A stretch of 64,000 nucleotides of DNA from Azolla caroliniana (lineage: Eukaryota > Plantae > Polypodiophyta). The translations under genes were made by a program, and so were the position numbers. Below the pieces are notes generated by a model. The model did no database searches and was not told the origin of the DNA. It saw only the letters and a list, made by a program, of their open reading frames with translations. The stretch spans positions 10,354,001 through 10,418,000 of the forward strand of contig JBHGNT010000018.1 of assembly GCA_043228905.1 (NCBI GenBank), in the 5' to 3' direction. Of the stretch, positions 12,601 through 25,218 are shown piece after piece. How positions within the stretch are numbered: position 1 is the first letter of the stretch; each line of letters opens with the position of its first letter.

Positions 12601-15199
12601 AACCGGCCGAAGAAGATGAAAATGATACCGGAACCGGCCCCGATCCCGAAATGGATTCGGATGAAGAAGAAGAATCGGAACAACCGGTTACCGAAGCTCC
12701 GGAACGGAGATATCCTCTAAGAGAGAGAAGGGCCCCCCGGAGATTTCCGGAACCAGAGCACGTGCTGCTAACCGACGAGGGGGAGCCGGAGAGCTTTGAA
12801 GAAGCAAAGCATGACACCCAGAGCCGCAGGTGGTTGAGTGCCATGCAGGACGAGATGGATTCCCTGCATGAGAACCACACATATGAACTTGTGGAGTTGC
12901 CGAAAGGAAAGCGGGCACTTCGAAACAAGTGGGTGTTCAAGCTGAAACCGGGAGATGCCGGAAACCCCCCGAGATACAAAGCCAGGATCGTGGTGAAGGG
13001 GTTTCAGCAGAAGAAGGGCGTCGACTTCGACGAGATATTTGCCCCGGTAGTGAAGATGACCTCTATCCGGACGGTGCTAAGCATAGCGGCAAGCATGGAC
13101 CTCGAGGTAGAACAGATGGACGTGAAGACGGCATTCCTTCACGGTGACCTCGATGAAGAGATCTACATGCAGCAACCGGAAGGGGGTGTTCAAGCTGAAA
13201 CCGGGAGATGCCGGAAACCCCCCGAGATACAAAGCCAGGATCGTGGTGAAGGGGTTTCAGCAGAAGAAGGGCGTCGACTTCGACAAGATATTTGCCCCGG
13301 TAGTGAAGATGACCTCTATCCGGACGGTGCTAAGCATAGCGGCAAGCATGGACCTCGAGGTAGAACAGATGGACGTGAAGACGGCATTCCTTCACGGTGA
13401 CCTCGATGAAGAGATCTACATGCAGCAACCGGAAGGATTCGAGGAGAAAGGGAAGGAGCACCTGGTATGCCGGTTGAAGAAGAGCCTTTACGGACTGAAG
13501 CAGGCTCCCCGACAATGGTACCGGAAGTTCGACTCCTTCATGACCGACGAAGGGTACCTCAAAACGCAGTCCGACCACTGCGTGTTTGTGAAGAAGTTCG
13601 AAGGAGGAGACTCTCTAATACTCCTCCTGTACGTGGACGACATGTTGATCGTCGGACGGGACCAGGTCAAGATACGGATGCTGAAGAAGGCTCTTCACCG
13701 AACCTTCTCAATGAAGGACCTGGGTCCGGCGAGGCAAATACTAGGGATGCACATCATCCGGGACCGGAAGAAGAAGCAGTTGTGGCTGTCACAGGAGAAG
13801 TACGTGACGAAGGTACTTCACCGGTTCAACATGTCGGAAGCGAGACCGGTCGGATCATCCCTCCCGACAAACTGCAAGCTGTCCAGCAAGCAAAGTCCCA
13901 AGACAAAGGCTGAAAAGGGGGATATGATGAAAGTGCCGTATGCCTCAGCCGTCGGGAGCTTGATGTACGCCATGGTGTGTACGAGACCGGACATCGGATA
14001 TGCAGTTGGAGTGGTGAGCCGGTACATGAGCAATCCCGGCAAAGAGCATTGGACCGCGGTCAAGTGGATACTCCGATACCTGAAGGGCACGGCAAACGTG
14101 TGCCTCCGATTCGGCTCCGGAAAGCCCGAACTCGACGGCTTTACCGATTCGGATATGTCGGCTGATGCAGATACCAGCCGGTCCACATCAGGGTATGTGA
14201 TGACGTATGCAGGGGGAGCTGTTTCATGGCAGTCGAGGCTGCAGAAGACGGTTGCGCTGTCAACCACGGAGGCGGAGTACATGGCGGCTGTTGAAGCCGG
14301 CAAGGAAATAATATGGATGAAGGACTTCATTAGAGAGCTCGGTATCCGGCAGGAGGAGTACCGACTCTACTGCGACAGTCAGAGTGCAATCCACCTTGCA
14401 AAGAACGCGGCCTATCACTCCCGGACGAAGCACATCCAGCGAAGATATCACTGGATCCGGGAAAGGATAGAAGACAAGGAGTTCGTGCTGACGAAGATCC
14501 ACACGGACGAGAACGGGTCGGATATGCTGACCAAGGTGCTCACACCCGACAAGCTGGAAGCATGCCGGAAGAGGATCGGATTGGAGAAACATCCCATGCC
14601 GAAGTGAAGGGGGAGTTTGTTGGGATTACGGTCCCTTCGGATGGGATGGTCGGATCCGGTTTTCGGTTTCGGATCCGGATGACGAAGACCCCGGTTTCGG
14701 TACCGGATGACGAATGTACCCGGAGAGCGATCCGGATGCAGGGACATATCCGTGAATATGTTCGCTATGGGCCCCTGAGGCTACAGTTGTAAATAGCCCA
14801 AAGTCATATGAGTATAAATATGACTTAGGGCAAACTGTTTTGTTGTCGCTTCCTATTTTTCTGTTTTTCCACTTTAGAGGAGTGAAGAGGGAGCAGCCGT
14901 GAGAGAGAGAGATAGAGCGCGAGAGAGGAAGAGGACGACGCCTCTGTGTATTTCCGCCGCCTGTGGCGAGGACAGCGAGCTCAAGGTCGTCGCCTTGGAG
15001 CTCGTCACTGTATACTTCTCTTTGTATAGCGTTGTTTGGAGTCTTGTACTCCCGTGGTTTTTCCCCTCTAGGGTTTTCCACGTAAATCCCTGTGTAATCG
15101 TGTATTTCTCTCTTTGGTTCCTATTTTCTGCTTCATTGATCCGTGATTACTCGGTTGTGGCCGAAGAAGAAGGTAAATCAAATCGTTGATTTCCCAACA
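9666..15199 (+). mobile_element. Young full-length Ty1/Copia retrotransposon (family A, copy 1)
   Basis: 582-bp LTRs 9666-10247 and 14618-15199 (one difference seen, CTCAACA vs CCCAACA), 5-bp TSD GTATT (9661-9665, 15200-15204), tRNA-iMet PBS 10251-10262, PPT GAAGGGGGAG. Confidence 0.97.
10278..14607 (+). pseudogene. Copia gag-pol polyprotein, frameshifted by an internal 253-bp tandem duplication
   Basis: CCHC knuckle CFHCGKPGHFRKNC, VVDSGAS protease, integrase, YVDD RT, RNase H; ORFs 10191-13400 and 13144-14607 overlap across duplication 12931-13183/13184-13436. Confidence 0.92.
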
Positions 15200-16358
15200 G
15201 TATTCACATTGTATCTTGGACAAACTAGATTTAGGACAATTATGTAAATATGTCAAAGGGCAGTTGCCCTAGCCCAATTAGTATATATTGGGCTTTGTAA
15301 CATAGTTTGTGGTTGTTGCTATTGTTAGAGAGTTGTTGCCTCCATGTATTGTAACTATTCTAAATCAAAACGGTTACATTGTGTGCCTCTTTCTCTCTCT
15401 CTCTCTCTCATTCTGTTCTCTGATCTTGCCCTCAACTTGTGCACTCAGTGATCTTCATCTCAAAGTGTTGTTGATGTTTCCACATTGACAGTCTCAGTTC
15501 CCAACATCTGGTATCAGAGCGACAGGTTCTTTAACTTGATGTTGGCCATCATTTTCTTTCAACAACTCTTTTGCCCCCATCTTCCTAAAGATCTAGAGTT
15601 CAAGATCTCATCTGGAGAAGAGAAAGAAAACTGAAGATTCGCATTCTGCTTCGCTAAATCCCTCTTAAGGTAAGCCAGTCAGTTGTACATTGCTTCTATG
15701 ATTAGAGTCACTAGGAGGGGAATCTCCATCAAATCGGCCTCAATCGTGCTTTACCAAGTTAAACACTTTCTACTTGCTTGTCGTAATCGCTCAAAGAAGA
15801 TCCTACCCTAGGAACAACCCCCTTCCATGCTTCATTCGGCCAGATAACATTCATGAAGGTGAGTTGGATCTGTCCCTCTTATTGTCGTAGTCAACCGAAG
15901 TAGGATCGACCTGGATAATTGGCACATAATTTGTGATCAGCATCTTGAAATCGACATTCAAAATCGAATCGGCAATGTCGACTAACTATAGTCACTTCAG
16001 ACAGAACCCGCCAATAGTCGAAGTCGATTCGACTTGTGTTCGAATCCGACTAGAACGATATCGGGTAAGCCAGTTGGTTGCATCCCACCAACATTTATAG
16101 TTAACTCCGAACGGAGTCTAGCAAGCTGACACATGGGATCAACATCCGGCTCATCAGAAATGAATCTAAGGAAGTTCGATGGATCGAACTTCAACTTCTG
16201 AAAGGAGCAAATGCAAGACTATCTGATAGTCAAGGGTAAGATAGATCCAATCGAGAACAAAAACCCTCTAGAAGGAATCAAGCCGAATGAGTGGACAAAA
16301 CTCAATAGAATGGTTAGAGCCACCATTCGGATGCACCTGTCGAAGTTAGTGTATTTCA

Positions 16359-19300
16359 TGAAGATGGAATATGCGCGGAAACGTATGTGTGAGGATCTGT
16401 CGTAGTGTTAAGCAAACAATACAGAAGGAAGGCAAGAGAATAAATAGAAGATATACACGATTTAAGCTTTAATGGAAGCTCTGATTATGTGTTTGTTCTC
16501 TCTCTCTCTCTCTCCTCGACTCGATACAAGAGTGATCAAGAGGTCTCTCTTTACAACTTTAGGTTATCGCTTATATACTAAGCTCTAACTCTTTGGATGA
16601 GTTCACACTAAGATACCAAGTGGAAGGAGTCAACCTTTTATGCCAACAAACTCCCCCATAAAAGGACTACTCTTCCTTGCATGCACAAGTGTTTGGGGTT
16701 ATCTCCCCTGTAAACCTAGATTACAAAATTAATCTAAATTTATATTTACAAGTCATTCGGCATGTGGCTGAGTTGCCAGAGATGTGTTCAATGTCTAGCC
16801 TGGTTCGGCTAGTTGGTCAGATTGATTGGTCGGAGTTGATCGGTTCGACTTACCTTCTACTCCTCGTTCGGCCTTCTTCTACTCATGTGGCTGAGTTGGC
16901 AAAGATGTGTTCAATGTCTAGCCTGGTGCGGCTAGTTGGTTGGATTGACTAGTTTGAGTTGATCGGTTCGACTTACCTTCTACTCCTCATTCGGCCTTCT
17001 TTTGCTTGGTGCTTGTCACAATTCCATCTTTGTCCTTAGTGTTCTGAAGCGTTGATCTAGGAGTGGCTTCGTCAGGCAATCAACGATATTCACCTCGGTG
17101 TTGATCTTTCGAACTTCGACCTTTTTCTCGGTTATGAGCTCCCAGATGTGATGATATCGCACCTCAATATGCATTGTCTTCGCGTGATAGACAGGATTGT
17201 TGATGAGGTGTATTTCGCTTTGTGAGTCGCAATAGATGGTCGGGCATTGGTTGGTCATTTCGGCTTGTAGATAAGAAATCGGCAGTCAATCGATGCAACT
17301 AGATCGCTTCTTTTGTTGCCTCCGATGTTGCAATGTACTCATCCTCTATGGTCGACAGGGCCATGCACTCTTGAAGCTTCGACCTCCATGATATAGCACC
17401 GGCACCATAGGTGAAAATATAGCCTGATGTTGACTTTCGATTGTCCGTATTGCTGGCATAGTCGGAGTCAGTTTTGCCTTTGACTTCGGCTAAGGTTGTC
17501 AAACCAAAAGTCAGTTGTGTGTTTTTTATCCCTCTCAGGTACCTGAAGATGTGCTTGAAGACCTCCTAATGCTTCCATCCTGGATTTGACATGTACCAGC
17601 TGACCATCCCCATGACATAGGCTAGGTCAAGTCAGGTCACCACCATTGTGTACATGATACTCCGTACGGCCGATGCATAGGCCACCTTTCCATTAAGCTC
17701 TATCTCCTTGTCCGTTGAAGGAGAGTCTCTATCCGATAGTCGGATCGACGTCGGAAGCGGTGTTGGTGTTGGCTTTGCATTCTCCATGTTGAAGCGCTTC
17801 AACACCATTCGGATATAGTTGGACTGGGAGAGTCGAAGAGTCTTGGGTTGTTTGATTTCGCTCGATCCTCATACACAATATGTGACGAACTTGTCCGAGT
17901 TCCTTTGTCACAAATTTGTCATGAAGGCTCTGTTTTAGCTTCCTTATTTCTGTTTGATTGCTACCTGCAATCAATATGTCATCAACATATAGGATCAAGT
18001 AAATCCTAGACTTGTCGGCCAGTTGCTGAATGTACATGCATGGGTCGGAGTCTGATCGGCGGCCAAGCTGCCTGATGTAGGAGTCAAACTTTTGGTACCA
18101 CATCCTCAGCATCTGTTTCAAGCCATAGAGATTTTTCTTCAGTCGTCATACGAGGTGACTTTCCTCCCCCGTCGTCGTGAAGCCTACCGGTTGAGACATG
18201 TAAATTTTTTCTTCTAGATCTCCGTGTAGAAATGTTGTCTTTACATATAGCTGTTCTATCGCCACAACTCCTAGTAGGAGTCTAAGGGTGGTCGTCTTGA
18301 CTACTGGTGAGAATATCTAATTGTAGTCGACCCCATGTTCTTGTTTGAATCCTTTCGCGATAAGCCGAGCTTTGTACTTGGGTTTCTCTAAGTCAGATAC
18401 ATATTTGTATCGGAAAAGCCATTTGCAAGGTAGTGGCTTTCTTCCAGCTGGTAATCTGACCAGCTCCCATGTTTGATTCTTGTGAATCGAGTGCATTGCG
18501 GATTTCATGGCTTGTAGCCATGTGTCAGCGTCCGGTGCGGTCATAACTTCTTCTGTTTGTGCTTGGTTTGCCTGCATCGGTGTAATGGACATAGTCGAGG
18601 CCCGGTTGATAGAACTCTTTCTGCCTTCAAGCTCGTCTAGATCTTTTGGGTGCCGAAATAAGTGGTTCAGATTCTTCGATCGGCTTTGTTAGTCAATTGG
18701 TGTTTGTTGAACCATTTGTGTCAAGAGTCTTGTTAGATGACCCGCCCCCAAGTTGGGATTTCAATGGTGTCACGTTGTCCTCCCCTATGGACTTTGTCGA
18801 CTCGGTTGTGTTTCCAACTCGCATCTTGTTGACTTTGCCTTGTTCGACTCTTGTCGAATCAGCTTTGTCTTTGATGGCTTTGTCTTCGAGTTCGACTAGT
18901 GGACCTCCTACCGATTCAAAGTCGGCAGGTATGTTGTCAGCTTGGTCGAGTTCGACTGTTTGTCAAAACCTTCGATTCGGCTTGGTGGGACGGTCCTTCT
19001 ACGACATCTCTGTCGGCTTTGAAGGATACCTTTTTACCAATTTTCGGCTAGTTCCACTATGAGAAGATAGAGTCTTCATTGAAGACTACGTCACTGCTCC
19101 GGATCAATTTCCAGTTCTCTGGGTCCCAAAGCCTGTAGCCAAATTCCCCATCGGTTGCATAACCGAGAAATATGCACTTTGTTGCATGGGGTGCCAACTT
19201 GGCCCTTTTTTCCCTGGGGATGAATGCGTAGTCTTCGCATCTGAATATACGGAGCCTATCGTAGGTCAGATGTTTGCCTGACCATAGTGCCTGTGGCACT

Positions 19301-21487
19301 TTGAGCTTGATTGCTTTCGATGGCGACATGTTGATCAAATATACTGCCGTCTGCAATGCTTCGGCCCAAAACTTCAGGTTCAGTCCAGCTTGTTGGAGCA
19401 TTGCCATCACTCTCTCCTGGATCTTTTGATTGATCCATTCTGCCACTCCATTTTGCATGGGTGTGTAAGGAACGGTCTTTTGATGTCGGATCCCTTTGTT
19501 GGATAAGTATTGTTTGAAGGCTCTGGAGGTGTACTCCCCTCCGTTGTCGGATGAGAGTGTCTTCACCCTGTATCTTGACCGGTTCTCCACTTCAGATATC
19601 CACCGAGGGAAGACCTCGAGCACTTCTTCTTTGGACCTTATCATGTAGGCCTAGACCTTCCGTGTACAATCATCTACAAATGTGATGAAGTATCGGGAGC
19701 CTCCTAGTGATCGCTCTGGCATGGGCCCACATATATCTATGTGCACGAGGTCTAGGGGCTGTCGTATTGTCTCGTAGTGGAGAGAATGCAAACTTCAGGT
19801 CTGTTTCCCGTATCGACAATGCTCGCAGAAGTCTGTCTTTGCTTGAAGTTTCGAGATGTAGCCGACTACCATCAGCAGATCGAGTCTGACTTGAGACATA
19901 TGGCCGAGTCGGCCATGCCATAGGTTTGGGTCGGTCTTTTCGGCTACATTCACGACCCCTTGTGGATTGATCGCCATTAATGGGTACAAGTTATTGTACT
20001 TGTGCCCGCCCCTAATTTTGAGATTTCCTCGGCTAATCACCCATATCGATTCACTTAGAGTTGTTCGATACCTGTCTTCGGCTAGCATGCCGATCGAGAC
20101 TAGACTCCTTTTCAGATTGGGTACGTGTCGGACTTGGTGTAGGATTATTGTGTTGTCGTTTGGTAGTTGAATTGGTACTTTGCCAACTTCTATTATTCTG
20201 CACTCTTGCCCGTTGCCTAGTCGGATTGTGCCGTTGGTCAGCCGAATAGTTTGAAAACCATTCGATGTTGGGGGTCACGTGGAATGTGGCACCGGAGTCT
20301 AGTAACCACGTATGTGCATCTTGTGCATTGTAGAGGACTTCTCTGATCATTGAATGAGAATTTCTCTAGATCAGGTGTCAGCAACATTGATTTGGTTGCC
20401 GACCGAAGAGTGGTCCGAGTCGGGTCGTCCTCGATTTCGCTCGGATCGCCGACCACTCTCTTTGCTCTTGATCGACCAACAGTCAGAAACATTGTGGCCA
20501 ACTTTTCTGCAATGTGTGCAGAATTCGCCTGATCGGCCCGTTCTCGACTTCGACCATTGTTGATCTCCCCTCGTTTTCGATCGACTATAGTGTCGACCGA
20601 CTTGGTCGGCTTGTTCTTTTGATCGACTCAATCGGTCAACCGACTCAATCGAGTGGTGGGCTTCTGCTGACTCATCGATGGTGAGTCCCATCAATTTTCG
20701 CCGAATGTCCTCGGTGAGGACTTAGTTGATCATCTCATCCAGATTTAGGATTAGTCGGCCGTTGGCGTACGTTGTGTAGAATACCTCCCAACTCGCCGTC
20801 AAGCTCGATAGGAGGGGAAGGGCTTTAACTTCTTCTTTGAAGTTGATCCCTTGTGAGGAGAGTTCTAACAACACCTGGCTGAAGGTGTTGATGTGGGAGG
20901 TAGCCAGATCAGTCTCTCTCATCTTCATGTTGAAGAGTTGCTTGATCAAAATTAGTTTTGAAGATGAGGACTTTTTGTCGTACACAACTTGTAGCTTCTC
21001 CCACAATGAGAATGTTGTCGTCTCCTTTCCCATACTAAAGTAGACGTTTTCGTCCAGATGCATTTGGATGGTGGAGCGTGTGATTTCATCTGTAGATCTC
21101 CACTCTTCGGTTGTCATTGAGGCAGGTTTTTCACCATGTTGAAGGGCTTCGGCTTGTCTTCTGATGATCAACACATCCTGCATCATCTCCTTCCATAGGG
21201 CAAAGTGTTTGCCATCGAATTTTCTAATTTCAACTCTTGTTCCGGATGTTGAAGCCATGCTCTTCTTCAAGAGTGAGATTTTACTGACTTGGTCTTTTTC
21301 CTTTCAGCTTTTTCTATTATTGGTTGTTGCTGAACCACAATTCGCTCTGATACCAGTAGAAGATGGAATATGCACAGAAACGAATGTGTGATGATTTGTC
21401 GTAGTGTTTAGCAAACAACACAGAAGGAAGGCAAGAGAATAAACAAAAGATATACGCGATTTAAGCTTTAATTGAAGCTCTGATTAT
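16359..21487 (-). mobile_element. Degenerate Ty1/Copia element (E)
   Basis: 3' LTR 16359-16648 with PPT at 16651-16657; fragmented RNase H, RT, integrase, protease and gag ORFs 17016-21270; PBS complement GCTCTGATACCA 21344-21355; 5' LTR from ~21358 cut at 21487 by another insertion. Confidence 0.88.
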
Positions 21488-21727
21488 TGTGCGGAATAAC
21501 GCTCAGCCAGAACTGAGACTCAAAACACTTTATGAAAGAACAAAACTGAAATGGAGGTTCATACACTTACACAGAAGAGATGACACATGATGTTTACGTG
21601 GAAAGCCCTAATAGGGAAAAACCACAGGAGCCCACAAACTCCAACTATCACTATACGAGAAAGGAGGTACAACAGGTGACTCAAAGGCAACGACCTCGAG
21701 CTCTATATCTTTGCCAACTTGCGGCTT

Positions 21728-21769
<42 letters not shown>

Positions 21770-24667
21770 CTACTATGATACAACTAACAACAACAACATC
21801 AACAGTGATTGCCCTAAGTCATATTTATACTTATATGTGTTTAAGACTATTTACAAATATAGCCTGTACAGGCACACTAAAACATATTTGCAGATATGTC
21901 CCTAGATCCGGTTCACACGGCTCGCCCGCATCTCATCTGGAGGGACAGAATTCCAAACAAACTCTCCCTTCACTCCGGCATGGGATTTCTCGTTAGTCTG
22001 ATCTATCTCCAGCATGTGTCCAGTTTGCCGGCTGACAACACCTTGGTCAGCATATCTCACCCGTTCTCCTTTGTGTGGATCTTCGTCAGTGCAAAGTCTT
22101 GATCTTCTACCTTCTCCCGGAACCAATGATATCTTCTCTGGATGTGCTTGGTCCGGGAATGGTAGGCCGCGTTTTTAGCAAGGTGGATGGCACCTTGGCT
22201 ATTGTAGTACAACCAATATTCCTCCTGTTGAATCCCTAGCTCTCTGATGAAGTCATTCATCCAGATTACTTCCTTGACGGCTTCCACAATTGCCATGTAC
22301 TCCGCCACGTCCGTTCTTGTCAGTGCAACGGACTTTTGCAGCCTCGACTGCCATGATACGGCTCCCCCTACATATGTCATGACGTATCTGGATGTGGAGC
22401 GATTGGTATCCACATCAACCAACATATCCGAATCCGTGAAGCCTTCCAGTTGGGGTTTACCTGAGCCGAACCAGAGGCACATACTTGAGGTGCCTTTCAA
22501 GTACCAGAGTATCCACTTGACCGCGTTTTAGTGTTCTTTTCCCGTATTGCTCATGAATCGACTGACCACTCCGACTATGTATAATATATCTGGTTGGGTG
22601 CACACCATCGCGTACATCAAATTTCCAACGGTAGAGGCATATGGTATCTTCGTCATATTCGACTTCTCTGCCTTTGTCTTCGAGCTCTGCTTTCTGGACA
22701 ACTTGCAGTTTGCCGGAAGTGTCGACCCGATCGGCTTTGCATCCGACATGTTGAACCGTTTAAGCATCTTTGTCACGTACTTCTCCTGTGACAGCCATAG
22801 CAATTTCTTCGACCGGTCCTGGATTATGTGTATCCCAAGTATCTGTGTGCCAGACCCAAATCTTTCATTGAGAAGGTCCGGTTCAAAGCCTTCTTCAGAT
22901 TTTCGATTTTGGCTTGGTCCGGTCCAACAATCAACATGTCATCTACATATAGTACGAGTATCAGGAAGTCACCTTCGTCAAATTTCTTCATGAACACACA
23001 ATGGTCAGCTTGCATCTTGTGATACCCTTGGTCGATCATGAAGGAGTCGAACTTTCGGTACCATTGCCGAGGAGCTTGCTTCAGTTCGTATAAGCTCTTC
23101 TTCAACCGACACACCATGTGCTCCTTCCCTTTCTTCTCAAATCCTTCCGGTTGCTGCATGTAGATCTCTTCTTCGAGGTCGCCATGTAGGAATGCCGTCT
23201 TGACGTCCAGTTGCTCTACCTCGAGGTCCATGCTTGCCACTATGCTCAACACCATTCGGATGGATGTCATCTTTACTACCAAGGCAAAGATCTTGTCGAA
23301 AACCACTCCTTTCTTCTGTTGAAAGCCCTTCACCACGATTCGAGCCTTGTACCTTGGTGGATTTCCGGTGTCTCCCGGTTTCAGCTTGTACACCCATTTG
23401 TTCTAGAGTGCCCTCTTTTCTTTCGGCAACTCCGTCAATTCGTATGTGTGGTTCTCATGCAGGGAATCCATCTCGTCCTGCATGGCACTCAACCACTTGT
23501 GGCTGTGGGTGTATTTCTTTGCTTCTTCGAAGCTTTCTGGCTCCCCCTCATCAGTCAGTAATACATGCTCTGCATCCAAAAATCTCCGGGGAGCTCTTCT
23601 CTCTCTGAGAGGGTATCTCCGTTCTTGGTCCTCGACTACCGGTTCCTCAGTTTGTTCTTTATTTGAATCCAATTCAGGGTCTTGACCGGTTCTGGTATCT
23701 AAAACTTCTTCTTCGGTAGGTCTGGATTCTTGTCCAACTTTGACCGGTTCTTCGAGTGTCATCTAGCTTTCGGCCAGATGAGTCCTTGTGACTTTTGACC
23801 AATCTCTGTCGGTCAATCCGGAGTCCGCTATCTTCTTCTCCAACTCCCAGTCGGCAATACTCGTGTGTTCCATGAAGACTATGTCTCAACTCCGGAACAC
23901 CTTCTTGTCAACCAAGTCCCACACTCGGTAGCCGAACTCATCATCACCGTATCCAAGGAATATGCATGACCGGGACTTCGGATCCAACTTTTCTCTCTTA
24001 TCCTTTGCAACATGCACATAAGCGAGACAACTAAATACCTTCAAATTCCAGTAAGACGCGTCTTTATCGGTCCATACTCTCTATGGTATGTCTCCTTCCA
24101 AGGGTGCTGAGGGTGATATGTTAATCATGTATGTCAACGTCATCAGTGCCTCAACCCAAAACGTCTTGGATAACTTTGCATGTGCTAGCATGCTTCAGAC
24201 TCTCTCCATTATGGTCCGGTTCATCCGTTCAGCCAACTCGTTCAATTTCGGCATCTTCGGCATGGTGAATTCGAGCCGGATTCCCTTCGACCGGCAATAC
24301 TCCTCGAACTGCCCCCAGTATTCGCCTCCGTTATCTGCTTGAACTGCCTTTAGCTTCCGGCCGGTTTCCCTTTCCACTCTCATGTGGAGCTCCTTGAAGA
24401 CGGACAACACCTGATCCTTTGTTTTCAACGGTGGTTGTCTATGAACGTCACGAAGTACTACGATTCAGCATGTGACTTCGTGTCCACTTGACACACATCG
24501 GTATGCATAAGCTCTAGTGATGCATTCCGTCTCATCGGTGGTCTTGACCGGAAGGAGGTTCGGTTTTGCTTGACGGCCAAGCAATCAGTGCACTTCTCAA
24601 GATGCATGTCTTTCACCTCCGGAATGAGGTTATCTTCGGCAAATCTTCTCATCCCCTTCTGGCTCAT
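21488..24667 (-). mobile_element. Degenerate, 5'-truncated Copia related to family A (F), inserted in the 5' LTR of E
   Basis: LTR 21488-21959 resembles family A LTRs; RT, RNase H and integrase fragments similar to family A with many stops; homology ends at ~24667 next to an unrelated gag fragment (~24668-24990). Confidence 0.85.
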
Positions 24668-25004
24668 ATCTTCTTTTGTAGTGGCCAAATTTTCCACAGT
24701 ACCTGCATTTGATCAAGCAAATTTGGTGACTTGGTCTAGTAGGATGGTTCCCCCTTCTCCACATCCCTTGGTGTGTTCCTGGCTTCTTGCCAATGGTGGG
24801 GGTTGTGTTCTCGGGTCGACTGACCATGACGTTGATCGATCCGTGGGTGTTGCACAACTCCTTGATCTTCAAGGTATAGTTGGTGATCGACATATCCCTT
24901 TGCTGAATATTGTTCAACTCCTGACAATTATGAGGAAGGTGTATGATTTGGGCTGGGTGTGTGTGACGACTATGAGGAGGGAGGGTGTCTGATTTGATTT
25001 GGGT

Positions 25005-25180
25005 AGGGTATGTATCGTATGTACGGACTCTTTTCACGCATACATATATCATATATGTATGTATGTATGTATGTATGTAATACATACATACATACACATA
25101 GAGAGAGAGAGAGACGTATATAATATATATATATATATATATGTATATATAATATACAAGTTAACATATATGTATGTATG
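25005..25180. repeat. Compound microsatellite (TATG)n/(TACA)n/(GA)n/(TA)n upstream of the PPR gene
   Basis: Read directly from the sequence. Confidence 0.85.
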
Positions 25181-25218
25181 TTGTAGCTTGATCGCTGTTG
25201 TGCGCACACAAATCAAAC

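Larger units (their letters stand above)
9542..16358 (+). mobile_element. Older Copia element (C): 5' LTR interrupted by the Copia at 9666-15199, PBS, degenerate gag start, cut at 16358 by another insertion
   Basis: LTR end CCCAACA at 15506 followed by PBS TGGTATCAGAGC (15509-15520); gag-like KFDGSNFNF*KEQMQDYL at ~16130-16358. Left boundary uncertain. Confidence 0.65.

Noticed and set aside
9508-15256. Many short antisense and alternate-frame ORFs over the Copia elements
   Set aside because: Shadow ORFs of GC-rich retroelement coding sequence or LTR duplicates, with no recognisable motifs.
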